A stretch of 64,000 nt of DNA from a virus. Within the stretch, counting starts at the first letter, position 1, and the number at the start of each line of letters is the position of its first letter. The position numbers and the translations under genes are program-made. Positions 9,198-18,914 of the stretch are shown in pieces. The notes below the pieces were generated by a model. That model was given only the letters and a program-made list of their open reading frames with translations. It had not been told where the DNA came from and made no database searches. The DNA is taken from positions 31,521 to 95,520 of the IMG/VR virus record IMGVR_UViG_3300047168_000120; one strand, 5' to 3'.

Positions 9198-10342
9198 GCG
9201 ACCGCGAGACACCATGGTTCAAATTTTACCCCTCTGATTGGCAGGCAGATACCAACCTTGGAACCTGCAGTCTCGGGGCCCGCGGGCTGTGGATGGAGCT
9301 CTTATCCATCATGCACAAGTCGGAAAGATACGGTTTTTTGCTCATTTCTGACTCAAAACCGAGCATAAAACAGCTCGCTTTTGTGTGCAGAACTGAGCCA
9401 AAAAATGTCGAAAAATATCTCCAAGAATTGCGCAAATTTGGGGTTTTGTCTGAAACAGCCGATGGAATAATATTCTCCCGCCGAATGGTAAAGGATCGGG
9501 AGGGAAGCTCCATTTTGTCTGATGCCGGGTCGACCGGTGGCAACCCTAACATTCGGCGCGGAACCGTACGAAAAGACCTTCGAAAACGCTCCTACAGACG
9601 CTCAGACGCACCGGCAAAAACGAAAAGAATATTTGAAAAAACAGAAGGTTGTTGCATATGGTGCGGCGTCCATCTCGATGAAAATGGCGAAGGTCAAAAC
9701 GCCTTCCAGATCGACTATATAAAGCCGGTTTGCGACGGCGGTAATCACGATGAAAGCAACCTGGTTCCCTCATGCGGGGACTGCAAAAATTCGCGGTCAA
9801 TTGGAAAAAATTTCTATAAAAAGCCATTTAGGCCGGAGTGGCGGATATACGTTCCGACCGATTCCGACGTTAACGTCGGACGCGATTCCGACACTAAGCC
9901 CGACCATAAGCCCCATATACCAGAGACCAGAGACCAGAAAGAAAGAGTTCCGATTCCTTCGGAATCGGCGCCGGCGCTGCCGGCGCTCCCTGGGGTGATC
10001 ATCGATGTGCGCACCCAGCTTTTCCGGGACGGCCTGGAAATCCTGCGGCGCCTCACCGGCAAATCGGAGGGCGCCTGCCGGACTTTCCTGGGCAAGCTGC
10101 TCAGGGAGGCCGGCGACGACTGCGAGCTGGCGCTGCGCAAGCTGCGCGAGGCGGCCGAAACGCCTCCAGCCGACCCGGGAGCTTGGCTCATGGCCGCGGT
10201 CAAAAAAGGTTCGGTTCCGAAAAAAAGCGCAAAAACCGAGGCGATGGAAAAAATTTCCGCGAGGCTTGACGCGGGTGGCAAAAACACACAAAGATGTGTT
10301 TTGACCATCGACGGCGAAGCGGAGCGGGAACTGGATGTTTAA
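9194..10342 (+). CDS. Phage replication initiator with an internal degenerate HNH-like domain
   Basis: N-terminal PWFKFYPSDWQAD...SLGARGLWMELL...IFSRRMVKD; internal CIWCG...DYIKP...GG...NLVPSCGDC. Confidence 0.75.
   Translation: MSDRETPWFKFYPSDWQADTNLGTCSLGARGLWMELLSIMHKSERYGFLLISDSKPSIKQLAFVCRTEPKNVEKYLQELRKFGVLSETADGIIFSRRMVKDREGSSILSDAGSTGGNPNIRRGTVRKDLRKRSYRRSDAPAKTKRIFEKTEGCCIWCGVHLDENGEGQNAFQIDYIKPVCDGGNHDESNLVPSCGDCKNSRSIGKNFYKKPFRPEWRIYVPTDSDVNVGRDSDTKPDHKPHIPETRDQKERVPIPSESAPALPALPGVIIDVRTQLFRDGLEILRRLTGKSEGACRTFLGKLLREAGDDCELALRKLREAAETPPADPGAWLMAAVKKGSVPKKSAKTEAMEKISARLDAGGKNTQRCVLTIDGEAERELDV
9852..9938. other. Candidate replication origin (iteron-like repeats and palindrome) inside the initiator gene
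   Basis: TTCCGAC at 9852, 9862 and 9886; perfect palindrome TCCGACGTTAACGTCGGA at 9863-9880; TAAGCCC twice; CCAGAGA repeats at about 9920-9938. Confidence 0.5.
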
Positions 10343-10886
10343 GGTTTTGGAACGGATTGGAATCAATATCAGCCACCCGGCTGCGCAATCCCTGAATTAC
10401 CTCAAATCCACCGACATCGCCATGTTTCCCCCCTCACCGCGGCGCCTGGCCGATTGCGGGTTTTTGATGAACCTGCTGATGGTTTATTTTTCCGGGATCA
10501 CGCTGGCCGAGGCCACGGATTGGTTCGGCAGCGTCGTTGCCGGCACCAAAACCGGGTCGCTGGATGCGACCGAGATCGAGGCGCGGTGGAACGCGTTCGC
10601 GTTCAGCGTCGAGGGCAAGCCGAAATGCCTGTTCGACGACGCCTTGAAGCGCGAGGTCCTGTTGAAGTTTTCCTGGCTTCCGACGGCCGCCGAGGTCTGG
10701 GCTTTGGTGGAACCGGAATATGCTGAATTTCAGTCTGTATTGCTGCATTTGAACAAGATTTTGGGGCGCCCTTTCCGTGCAGCCCTTCCCTCCTTCGCCG
10801 AGATCGAAGAGCACGGATGGGCCATCGACCCGGCCGCAAAGCCTGCGATCGTATCAGTCCCGATTCGGGCGCTCAGCCAGGCTTAA
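10335..10886 (+). CDS. Hypothetical replication-associated protein
   Basis: Overlaps the initiator stop; WLPTAAEV motif. Confidence 0.6.
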   Translation: MFKVLERIGINISHPAAQSLNYLKSTDIAMFPPSPRRLADCGFLMNLLMVYFSGITLAEATDWFGSVVAGTKTGSLDATEIEARWNAFAFSVEGKPKCLFDDALKREVLLKFSWLPTAAEVWALVEPEYAEFQSVLLHLNKILGRPFRAALPSFAEIEEHGWAIDPAAKPAIVSVPIRALSQA

Positions 10887-11409
10887 AGCCGGCCGGCAGC
10901 CCATACAGCCGCGGGAACGGGAGCGCCTTTACCGGCACCTGGCGGCTCCGTAATACGGCATCGAAATCCTCAATCGAATAAACGACCACGTGAAGATGGG
11001 CCAGGCGAACAGCAGCGTCCCGGAATATGCGTTGCGGGCGTGATAATCGCCCTGCCTTTCGGTCCGGCGTCAGTCCCGGTATTCCGGCCAGCTCCGGGAC
11101 CTTCACTTCGATCAGCGTCGTAGCAGCGCCATCGGTGAGTAGGATCAGGTCGACAGCCCCCGGCAGAACGCCCTGCCCGGCCGGCACCAGGAAAGCCTCG
11201 TCTGGCTTGAATCTCTCTACCTCAGCATCCTTTTTCCTCTTACGGCCAGTCAACATGCTGGCCGTGGAAGGGTCCCTCTTCTCGCCATTCGGCACCGCGA
11301 AAAGAATGGCGTCGCCTGGCCGCACCACGGCGGCGAAATAGGCGACGATCGAGGCCTGGAGGTCTCGCTCGGGATGCGCCCTTGGAGAGGTCAGCTTGAA
11401 GGGTTTCAT
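10873..11409 (-). CDS. VRR-NUC-like PD-(D/E)xK nuclease / resolvase
   Basis: ERDLQASIV, FAVPNG, GVLPGAVDL, IEVK, GRLSRPQ. Confidence 0.8.
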   Translation of the reverse strand: MKPFKLTSPRAHPERDLQASIVAYFAAVVRPGDAILFAVPNGEKRDPSTASMLTGRKRKKDAEVERFKPDEAFLVPAGQGVLPGAVDLILLTDGAATTLIEVKVPELAGIPGLTPDRKAGRLSRPQRIFRDAAVRLAHLHVVVYSIEDFDAVLRSRQVPVKALPFPRLYGLPAGFKPG

Positions 11410-11548
11410 ACGGGGCGACCACCTGGGGTCGTGCCGATTTTCCTCAATAAACTTCTGGTTTTATTGAGGGTTTTTCGCTGTAACGAATGTGTGAAATTCC
11501 GTTCATATTTTAGACAATAACATTGCAAAGAAGGTATTTTAACGCCTA

Positions 11549-11863
11549 TTAAGAATTCGCAACACATTTTGGTGTTACTTTTGGTATGTCTTTTGAGGTG
11601 GAACTTATGTGCGGCTCTGCGTTCTGGTTCAGGTCTTTTTTCGGAGCGGCGCGGAGTTTAACCCCAGGGTTTTTTTCAAGGTAATCCAATGTTTTCTGAA
11701 CGGCGCGCAACGTGGTTATCGATGGCTCCCAGCCTGGCTTTAACATGCCTTGCAGCGTGTTCGGGTGCAGCCCAGATTTTATGGCGATTCCTCGAATCGG
11801 TTGGCCGCTTCCCTTTACCTGCTTCACGACATGGACGATCAGCTTATCGATATCTTGCGTCAT
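11549..11863 (-). CDS. Cro-like HTH regulator
   Basis: IRGIAIKSGLHPNTL...WEPSITTL; divergent from the cI-like gene. Confidence 0.7.
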   Translation of the reverse strand: MTQDIDKLIVHVVKQVKGSGQPIRGIAIKSGLHPNTLQGMLKPGWEPSITTLRAVQKTLDYLEKNPGVKLRAAPKKDLNQNAEPHISSTSKDIPKVTPKCVANS

Positions 11864-11926
11864 CGCGCGAATCAAAACACATTAGGTTGTGTTTTTCAAT
11901 AGTTTTGCCTTCAAATTCACAACATA

Positions 11927-12637
11927 ATGGTGTGTCGCGTGTCTGATGTCGAGTCGTCCGCTGAAAAGCGCCGTGTGGCCCTCAAAAAGGTCCTCAATGA
12001 GCGCGGCATCAATCCAACTGACCTTGCCAGCATGTGCGGGTGGGGCACGCCCAACGTGATCTATAATTTCTTTGCGGGCCGCACCACCCAGCTCTCAACT
12101 CAAAAATATGAGGAAATCTGTAAGGCTCTGCCAGGCATTACGGTTTCTGATCTTACGGGCGGCACTGTAAAAAAAACCGCGCCTCAGGTTCTGGTGAAAA
12201 CAGAGTGCCGGGCCGGTTATTTGAGGGACACGTTCTCGCTGCCGGCCTCTAAAATTCGCGAGCTTCCATTGCCTGTGGATGACGCTGCTCGCGTCGCCGG
12301 CGCTTATGCCGCTGTCGTGCGCCATCCGGGCGCCGAATCGATCTATCCGGAAGGGTCCTTACTGCTTTGCATCCCGGTCGACAGGTTTGAAGGCGAAATT
12401 ACAAGGGGTCGCCGTCTCCTCGTGGAGCGTCTTGTGGACACCAAATTGGAAGTCACGGTACGCGAGGTTCAGGAAGACGCAGAAGGCCGATTCTGGCTCT
12501 CCCAAAGGTCCACTGACCCGAGGTTTTCCGACGCTGTAAAATTGCCGCAGCAGATTTCAGGAAAACCGTGGCGCGAGAAGGGGGAGAAGTATGCGATTGC
12601 CGGCATCGTGATCGGCGCATTCGTCCCCGAACAATAG
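11927..12637 (+). CDS. CI-like repressor (N-terminal HTH, S24-like C-terminal domain)
   Basis: PTDLASMCGWGTPNVIYNF helix-turn-helix; C-terminal ...YPEGSLL...IAGIVIG. Confidence 0.75.
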   Translation: MVCRVSDVESSAEKRRVALKKVLNERGINPTDLASMCGWGTPNVIYNFFAGRTTQLSTQKYEEICKALPGITVSDLTGGTVKKTAPQVLVKTECRAGYLRDTFSLPASKIRELPLPVDDAARVAGAYAAVVRHPGAESIYPEGSLLLCIPVDRFEGEITRGRRLLVERLVDTKLEVTVREVQEDAEGRFWLSQRSTDPRFSDAVKLPQQISGKPWREKGEKYAIAGIVIGAFVPEQ

Positions 12638-12641
12638 GCAC

Positions 12642-12678
12642 AAAAAACCCCCGAAGCCGTAACTTCGGGGGTTTTTTT
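12642..12678. terminator. Bidirectional intrinsic terminator
   Basis: AAAAAACCCCCGAAG-ccgtaa-CTTCGGGGGTTTTTT between convergent genes. Confidence 0.85.
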
Positions 12679-12982
12679 AAGACGCAAGCGCCATTTCTAC
12701 GCCGGGCAGGAAGGCGACGCCTTGCGCGTTCACCAGGATTGGTTTCGGCGGGGCGGCGAACCAACCCGAGACCGTATCACCAACCCAGCTGCACGCGTCG
12801 CTGGCGACGTCGTACACAGCCTGGCAAGCTGGCTTGCCGTACTCGTAGACAACGATCACGGCGGCGGCATTCACCGCGGCTGCGGTAACGACCGCGCCGG
12901 CGATCAGCACGTTCTTCGCGGCAGCGCTGGCAACCGCCTCGGCAGCGATTTGCGATGCGGTGTCCAAAAGACGATCGATCAT
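12677..12982 (-). CDS. Hypothetical Ala-rich, possibly membrane protein
   Basis: AAGGAG RBS before ATG 12982. Confidence 0.65.
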   Translation of the reverse strand: MIDRLLDTASQIAAEAVASAAAKNVLIAGAVVTAAAVNAAAVIVVYEYGKPACQAVYDVASDACSWVGDTVSGWFAAPPKPILVNAQGVAFLPGVEMALAS

Positions 12983-13004
12983 TGATTTTCTCCTTGTTTT
13001 GATA

Positions 13005-13602
13005 GCCAGAGGATTCTGGCGGACGACCGGGGAATAAAGTCCCGGCCGGCTTCGGCACGAAATAGGCGTCTCTCCAGGAGAGCTCGACACTCAGAATTTT
13101 CGATTTTGGTAGAAGATAATTGAGCTCGATCCTGGATCGACCTGTTTATCAAACTGGAATTGCTTCCAGTGACCCCGTAGGGGTTGCAAACAAAGGATTA
13201 ACATAACTTATATGGTAGTAGACCATTGAAATTCAAGGTTTTTATTGTTTTCAGGAATATTTTTGGGAATATTTTGCGTCGATTTTGTCAGTTTTTACGC
13301 ATCTTTTTCGGCGAGGTCCAAGGCAAGAATATCATCAGCGAGAGCCATTTTGGCGGTCACGATGCGGCCGCCGAATCCGACAACGTCGGCGATCTCAGCC
13401 AGGCGCCTGGTAATCTTCCTGTGTTCCCTGCCGGCTGATGCTGCGTTGGGATCTCCGGCTCGCACGATCCTTGCAAGATCGGTCTGTTTGGCACGGTAGG
13501 AATCGATGAGAATTATCGCTTCCTCTCGCGTAATTTCCAAATATTTTGGCATTATCGATTTAATCACGCTGGATATTGTCCAGCAACCCCCGCAGGGGTT
13601 TC
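13005..13602 (-). repeat. Three more copies of the two-hairpin element
   Basis: About 13005-13053 (divergent), 13153-13187 and 13568-13602 (GAAACCCC-TGCG-GGGGTT-GCTGGA...TCCAGC). Confidence 0.7.
13295..13552 (-). CDS. Hypothetical protein
   Basis: ORF following a hairpin element. Confidence 0.6.
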   Translation of the reverse strand: MPKYLEITREEAIILIDSYRAKQTDLARIVRAGDPNAASAGREHRKITRRLAEIADVVGFGGRIVTAKMALADDILALDLAEKDA

Positions 13603-13604
13603 GT

Positions 13605-14366
13605 TTAGGCCGCCTTGCTCTTGCCCGGCATTTCTGCCGGTGGCGGCGCCGCGAGATCGGGGCGCTTCAGGTGATACGCCAGCCAGTTCGGATGGCTAAA
13701 GGAGCGAGGCCTGCTCATGGGCATGAGAAGCCCTACGGCATCCACGTTCCCGAAGCTGGTCCGGAAATGGGCTGGCCCACTATTGTCGCAGATTTCGATG
13801 TTGATACCGGCTCCTTTTGTCTCGCCCAGGATCTCCGCGAATTGACCGATGCGCTGCAGCAGCGAGGAGCTAAACACCGCCCCGCTCCGCTCTTCACCGA
13901 TCTTCTTGAAGAGCCTCGAGAAGTCAGGAAACGTCCCGTCGATCGCGGCATTGCGGCCGATCTGCTCACAATTTGGGCTATCCCATTCCAACTCAGCCAC
14001 TTCCTGAGCCGTAAGCTTCGTGCCGGCATGGAACGCCAACCTGAATTCAGGTGCCGTTTCCTTACCGTGTTGCTCGTAGCGCAGCCATTTGGACGTGAAG
14101 TTTTTGGACTTCGACTCCTTTGCCTTGATCTCGGCCGCGAATTCCTTGATGCGCCAGATCTGCGACGCCCCGGCGCAATGCGCGTCCGGGTCGTAGACGG
14201 ACACCAGGAGGTGACCATCGGTGGCCGTCATAACCGCGCCACCTTCCTCATGCGGCTGGATGTAAATGCCGCCCAAGTAATAGCGCGTTTCCTCGGTCGA
14301 CACGATTTTCATCAGCGCCTGCATGTGGCGCGGTCGAACGACAGCGATTGAATTTTGATTGGTCAT
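13605..14366 (-). CDS. DNA polymerase III beta-clamp-like protein (short)
   Basis: STEETRYYLGGIY, ATDGHLL, IDGTFPDF, LLMPM; about 253 aa. Confidence 0.75.
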   Translation of the reverse strand: MTNQNSIAVVRPRHMQALMKIVSTEETRYYLGGIYIQPHEEGGAVMTATDGHLLVSVYDPDAHCAGASQIWRIKEFAAEIKAKESKSKNFTSKWLRYEQHGKETAPEFRLAFHAGTKLTAQEVAELEWDSPNCEQIGRNAAIDGTFPDFSRLFKKIGEERSGAVFSSSLLQRIGQFAEILGETKGAGINIEICDNSGPAHFRTSFGNVDAVGLLMPMSRPRSFSHPNWLAYHLKRPDLAAPPPAEMPGKSKAA

Positions 14367-14803
14367 AAAATTCCCTTTCGGCCCCCAGAGTGGGGGGCTG
14401 ATCACCCTGCCGGTTGATCCGGCAGGAAGGGAGGGTGGCGCCGGCGCGCGGCCGGCGCCGATCTAGCGCTTATGGTTTTAGGGTCTCAGGGAGCGCTGGG
14501 CGCTAGATTAGGCGGCGAGCTCGAAGCGGCGCTCCGCCGCGGCGCGGGCGGCATAGGTTTGCACGATCCCGTTTTGGTCTAGTGACGAGCCATCAAGATA
14601 GACGCGGACCCAAGCCCGGCCGTCTTCCGTCTCGAAAGTATCCCGGGTCGCCGGTTCATCGACAAGCATCTCCGGCGCTGCTTCACCAGCGACGTCGGGT
14701 GCCCAAATACCTGCGTTGTTGTCGCGAACGCACTGTGCGATGCACACGGCTGAATCTCCGAATAATATTCTTCTGCGTAACACATTTATGTGTGTTTTTG
14801 CAA

Positions 14804-14842
14804 GAAAAAACCCCGCTTCTTCGCAGAAACGGGGATTTTTTT
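14804..14842. terminator. Intrinsic terminator-like hairpin
   Basis: AAAAAACCCCG...CGGGGATTTTTT. Confidence 0.6.
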
Positions 14843-15091
14843 ATCGGATCATCCGCGCAACCATGCCGAAACCAAGACTGGAAGCCGCAAGATAAACGAC
14901 CGTTCCGCCGGTTTGAAACATGAAGGATGCGTGGATCAGACCATAGGCCCATATGGCGGCACCGGTGCAAAGTCCGATTCCGAATAGACCGCTCAATGCG
15001 ATTTGCTTCAGCATGTTTATCCCTTTCTGCCCATGTGTGTGGACTGATTTTCACCCCGAGCTGTGCCCGGGAAGGGTTGGCCGGGACGCTG

Positions 15092-15391
15092 TTAAACGTC
15101 CCGGCCTGGATTGGCGTACATTTCCTGTAGTGCCAGCTGTTGAGAAGCGGCACTCAGAATTCCGTATGCGCCGCCGGCGCTCAGAATGATCGCGCCAGGC
15201 GGTACTTCGGCGCGTGGCAGATCGTTGATTCGATCAAGGAACCGCCAGCACTGCTCCTGAGCAGCGCACAGCTGGAACGCTGCGCGGCGCTGCACGATCA
15301 GCCCTTCGTAAAGCACTGGCTCGCTGAGCCAGGCCAACATGGCGGTATCCTCTTCTGAGTCGTCCGGAGCCGCGAGGATTTGATCCTTCAT
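15092..15391 (-). CDS. Hypothetical protein
   Basis: GGAG RBS; operator at 15414 just upstream. Confidence 0.6.
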   Translation of the reverse strand: MKDQILAAPDDSEEDTAMLAWLSEPVLYEGLIVQRRAAFQLCAAQEQCWRFLDRINDLPRAEVPPGAIILSAGGAYGILSAASQQLALQEMYANPGRDV

Positions 15392-15515
15392 AGCGTTCTC
15401 CGTTAAGTTGTTGAAACACATAAGAATGTGTGTCATTCTCGTACTCAGAATATGGGTCTTATTTGATTTATTTCAATACTTTGCGGGAACAAAATAACCC
15501 ATGGCGTCAAGTTGA

Positions 15516-16430
15516 ATGGCCACAAAAAAGAAATCGCGGAATGCTCTCAATGTGGAAGCTGCGATGCAGCGCTTGTGGGCGGAAATCCGAGAGGAATTTG
15601 AGACCACCGATATAGGGCTGCGCGCCCTGGCGAAGAAATACGGGATCAAGAGCCATGCTACGATCAAGCGCCGCGTCGACAGCGAAAACTGGCGCCGCGA
15701 CGTTCCCTCGGTAGCGGCTCATATCGCGACCCAAAACGTCCTGCAGAGCCTGGAAAATGAACCGGCGCTGGGTGGTTCGCAAGGCGGTTCATCCCCGCCG
15801 GTTGAGCAACCACCAGAATCTCAGAATCATGCAGAAAAAATCGGAGAAACTGTAAAATCGGAAGTGGTTGAAAAGGGTGGTTCGCAAGGCGGTTCCTCGC
15901 CACCCTTCAAACCGACTTCCCTGGCCATTTCGGAGCAGGTTGGCGCCATCAGGGCGGCCCGGCGAATGGCCACGGCGCAGGAGCAGCAGTTGCTGCGCGA
16001 AATCGAGCTCGCCAACGCGACGATTGGCATTTCCGCCAGCATGATCCAGATGCTGAACACGGCGATCACCACTGAGGACCCCGCCGAGGCCACGAAAATT
16101 ATATCCAGGTTCAAGGCGCTCGGCGGCAAGATGGAAAGCTTCAGTAGCTTGCTCAAAGCCGCATTGGCGGGTGTCGAAAAGGGCGTGGCGATGCGGCGTA
16201 AGGCCCTCGGCATGGAACCCCGCGGCGGCATTCCTGCGCCAGGCGCCGGCGCCGCTGGGCAGGCAGAGCTGCCGGAGCAGGTTCAGCAGATGCTCCCTGC
16301 CCTTTCCACTGAGCAGCTCATGGAGCTGCGCCGCACGGCGGCGATGCTCAACGAGAAAATGCGCTTGGCGCAGCCTCAGGCCCATATTACGATTGACGCA
16401 GAAATTGCAGAAGCGGCAATAAACTCGTAA
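15516..16430 (+). CDS. Probable terminase small subunit
   Basis: N-terminal LRALAKKYGIKSHATIKRR...W HTH; RRKALGM motif; upstream of terL; duplicated GGSQGGSSPP peptide. Confidence 0.7.
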   Translation: MATKKKSRNALNVEAAMQRLWAEIREEFETTDIGLRALAKKYGIKSHATIKRRVDSENWRRDVPSVAAHIATQNVLQSLENEPALGGSQGGSSPPVEQPPESQNHAEKIGETVKSEVVEKGGSQGGSSPPFKPTSLAISEQVGAIRAARRMATAQEQQLLREIELANATIGISASMIQMLNTAITTEDPAEATKIISRFKALGGKMESFSSLLKAALAGVEKGVAMRRKALGMEPRGGIPAPGAGAAGQAELPEQVQQMLPALSTEQLMELRRTAAMLNEKMRLAQPQAHITIDAEIAEAAINS

Positions 16431-16474
16431 ATTTCCGGTTGCAAAACACATCTTAATGTGTTTTTCTTTTCCAC

Positions 16475-17032
16475 ATGGCGACAGAAACACATACCGCTGG
16501 AAGAATTCAATATCTCCCGCCGCGCGCGCCGAGTGAGCGCCAGAGCCTGCGGGAATTCGTCGACAAAATCGCTTCACGCTGCGAGACGCCGGAGGGCGCC
16601 GAAACGCTGGCGATGGAAGAATTGCTGCTCAAGCCAGACTTGGCGGATGAAGCCATGCGTCTTGGTCTGCGCCAGATGATCGGCGAAATGCGTACCAGGT
16701 TGCGGACTTCTATGGTGAAGGCCAGGCGGGGGGAATGGCGCGCGGAAAAAAATGCGCCGCGCGGCTTCGCCGGCGCCGCGGCGGCCCGGGCATCCTTCTA
16801 TAACTGGCCCCTACCGAATTCGGCGGTCGTTCTAGGCGATGCGACTGTCGCGGACCTAGAGGCCGCGGCGGCTTTCCATGATGTTCACCGGGACGCGCAC
16901 GCCAGCCGCGGGGGCGCCTACCGGCAGATCGCCGCGCTTCTGACGCGAGCCACCTCGAACCAAGATGTTCCGGTACGGAAAATCGTTGCCGAAGGCGAGT
17001 TGGCGCGCATTTTGGCTGGAACCCCCGCTTGA
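16475..17032 (+). CDS. Hypothetical protein immediately upstream of the TIGR-like array
   Basis: 185-aa ORF after operator 16444; WPLP...LGDATVADL motif. Confidence 0.75.
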   Translation: MATETHTAGRIQYLPPRAPSERQSLREFVDKIASRCETPEGAETLAMEELLLKPDLADEAMRLGLRQMIGEMRTRLRTSMVKARRGEWRAEKNAPRGFAGAAAARASFYNWPLPNSAVVLGDATVADLEAAAAFHDVHRDAHASRGGAYRQIAALLTRATSNQDVPVRKIVAEGELARILAGTPA

Positions 17033-17051
17033 ATCCGGTCCAAAAGGCCGG

Positions 17052-18045
17052 GCTGCCGGCCGTTACGCGCTTGCTACCCAAAATGCCGGTGCCGGCAGCA
17101 AACCAACGCCGGCTTCGGCCGGCCCGCGCGGCCCGTTATAGTTTGCCATCCGATAGCAAGATGCCGCGCGGTTTAAATTCGGCCCGTTCTCATTCATTCC
17201 CGGCCTGTGTTTTAGTGATGCCCCAGGAGATCGAGCCGGGGGAATGCGAGGGGTCGAGCCTGCGGCCGAAAAGGGAGTGTTTTCCCCAAGCTGCAATGCC
17301 GCAGGTATTTTTCAGCTCAGCGGGCCATCAAATCGACGACAACCGCAGATGCCTTGCCACACTGCGCTGCGGGGGCGCGGCCAACACCCAGGCGCCTTCC
17401 ATCAGCATCGCGCCGCGCCCCGTTTTTTTCCCAGCCCAAGGATCCATGAAATGAACCCACCATACGATTCCGGCCTTGCGCCGGGTGACGCCGCGGCCGG
17501 CCATGGTCTAATTGATAACCAGCAGAGCCCTGCAGGCCGCGGCAAACCTCTTCCGCCGCGGCGCTCCGGTGCCAAAGCGGTGCGCGGCCCGCGAAAAGGA
17601 GAAACCCAAAGGAGATCTGCCGCGCAGAATTCCGCATCAGATCCGACGCCCGATTCCGGCTCGCAACCCGCAATGAGAATGGCGCCGGATCTGGCTGCTG
17701 CCGGCCATAAACAATCTGAAGCCCCAGGGTTTCGCGCCGGCAGCAGCAAACCTATGTCTCCCGGTGCCAGGGTTGAAGCGAAATCCGATGGCTTACTGCG
17801 CCGGGACGACGAGGGTGCCGCCCAGCATTTACTTGCTCACCAACTAGCAGATGGCGGCGCCCCACCCATTAAGCGCCGCGGCCGCCCGCCCGGTGCCGCG
17901 AAATCCGCCAGAAATGGCGGCGAGGCCACCCCTCAAGAGCATGCAGCCCAAAATGGTCATGGCGGCCTCGAAGATTCCGGCGCCTGCGCCGGCGAGGAGG
18001 TTGGCCAAGATCATGACGAAAACCAATATCTAATAGCCGGCCTCC
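17052..18045 (+). ncRNA. Stem-loop TIGR-like guide array, 14 units
   Basis: Core CCN-N9-NG-N4-CCN-N9-NG closed by GC stems. Cores start at 17060, 17132, 17204, 17266 (5-nt loop), 17325, 17381, 17501, 17588, 17650, 17705, 17767, 17822, 17930 and 18005. Confidence 0.85.
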
Positions 18046-18914
18046 CCGAGCTTTTGACCGTCGATCGCGCTTCCCGCGCCCAGAAGCGCGCGCTTGCGGT
18101 GCGGATCGCCGCAATGGACCTGCCGACGGTGATTGACGGGCTGGTCAGCCTGCACCGAGAGCACCGGGCCTTGCAGCGCGCCGTGGGCGATATGACGCGG
18201 CGCATCAAGGCGGACGAGAAATGGGCGGCCCATGCGCGCCATGTACGCGATGGCATCGAAATCCCGGCGGGTAAGATGGCCGTCCCGAACGATGACGACG
18301 CAGCGTTCATCAAGACGCTGCGACACCGCCTTTATACGGGGCGTGCCGCTCTGGAGGCGCTGCGCAAGCAGGTGCAGGCCGAGCAGCTCATGCTGGTGAC
18401 CCGCCTGCCGGTCTATGACTGGGCACTTAGCATTCGTGGCTTCGGGCTGGCCAGCCTGGCGGCCATCGTGGGCGAAGCCGGCGATATAGGGAAATACGGC
18501 AATCCGGCGAAATTCTGGAAGCGGATGGGCTTGGCCGTGATCGACGGCGAGCGGCAGCGCAAGGTTGCCGGAAATCCCGAGCTTGCGGAGCGGCATGGCT
18601 TCCGGCCGCAGCGCCGCGCCGAGGTGCATGTGATCGGGGAAAACCTAATCCGGCAGAAAAGCCCCGGCTACTACGAGCTGTATGTCGCGCGCAAGGAATA
18701 CGAGCAGACCCGGCCGGACCCGGTGCCGTATTTGATCGTCGCGCACAAGCGGGCGCTTCGCTATGTCGAGAAGCGGCTGCTGAAGAAACTCTGGTCGGCC
18801 TGGCGCGTCGGTACGGGCGTCGCCGGCGCTGAGCCGGAGGGGGCTGAGACCGGAGTGTTGGTGATGCCCAATGAGGACTTGTCTCAGCCTCAACCAGAAA
18901 TGAGCCTGTCGTGA
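17451..18914 (+). CDS. TasA-like protein: IS110/IS116-type Nop RNA-binding domain, no nuclease domain seen
   Basis: IRGFGLASLAAIVGEAGDIGKYGNPAKFWKRMGLA and AHKRALRYVEKRLLKKLW after a coiled-coil; no DEDD/RuvC or HNH motif. AAGGA RBS before ATG 17451; alternative start 18114. Confidence 0.8.
   Translation: MNPPYDSGLAPGDAAAGHGLIDNQQSPAGRGKPLPPRRSGAKAVRGPRKGETQRRSAAQNSASDPTPDSGSQPAMRMAPDLAAAGHKQSEAPGFRAGSSKPMSPGARVEAKSDGLLRRDDEGAAQHLLAHQLADGGAPPIKRRGRPPGAAKSARNGGEATPQEHAAQNGHGGLEDSGACAGEEVGQDHDENQYLIAGLPELLTVDRASRAQKRALAVRIAAMDLPTVIDGLVSLHREHRALQRAVGDMTRRIKADEKWAAHARHVRDGIEIPAGKMAVPNDDDAAFIKTLRHRLYTGRAALEALRKQVQAEQLMLVTRLPVYDWALSIRGFGLASLAAIVGEAGDIGKYGNPAKFWKRMGLAVIDGERQRKVAGNPELAERHGFRPQRRAEVHVIGENLIRQKSPGYYELYVARKEYEQTRPDPVPYLIVAHKRALRYVEKRLLKKLWSAWRVGTGVAGAEPEGAETGVLVMPNEDLSQPQPEMSLS

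Noticed and set aside
11539-11552. CtrA box
   Set aside because: Spacing is TTAA-N6-TTAA, not N7. A one-mismatch site at 23558-23572 is also too weak to call.
14405-14508. Cluster of GC inverted repeats
   Set aside because: Matches neither the two-hairpin element nor the TIGR geometry; no function can be supported.
17451-18914. IS110/IS116 transposase (insertion sequence)
   Set aside because: Only the C-terminal RNA-binding-type domain is present. There is no DEDD catalytic domain, and the flanks are guide-like arrays rather than IS ends.
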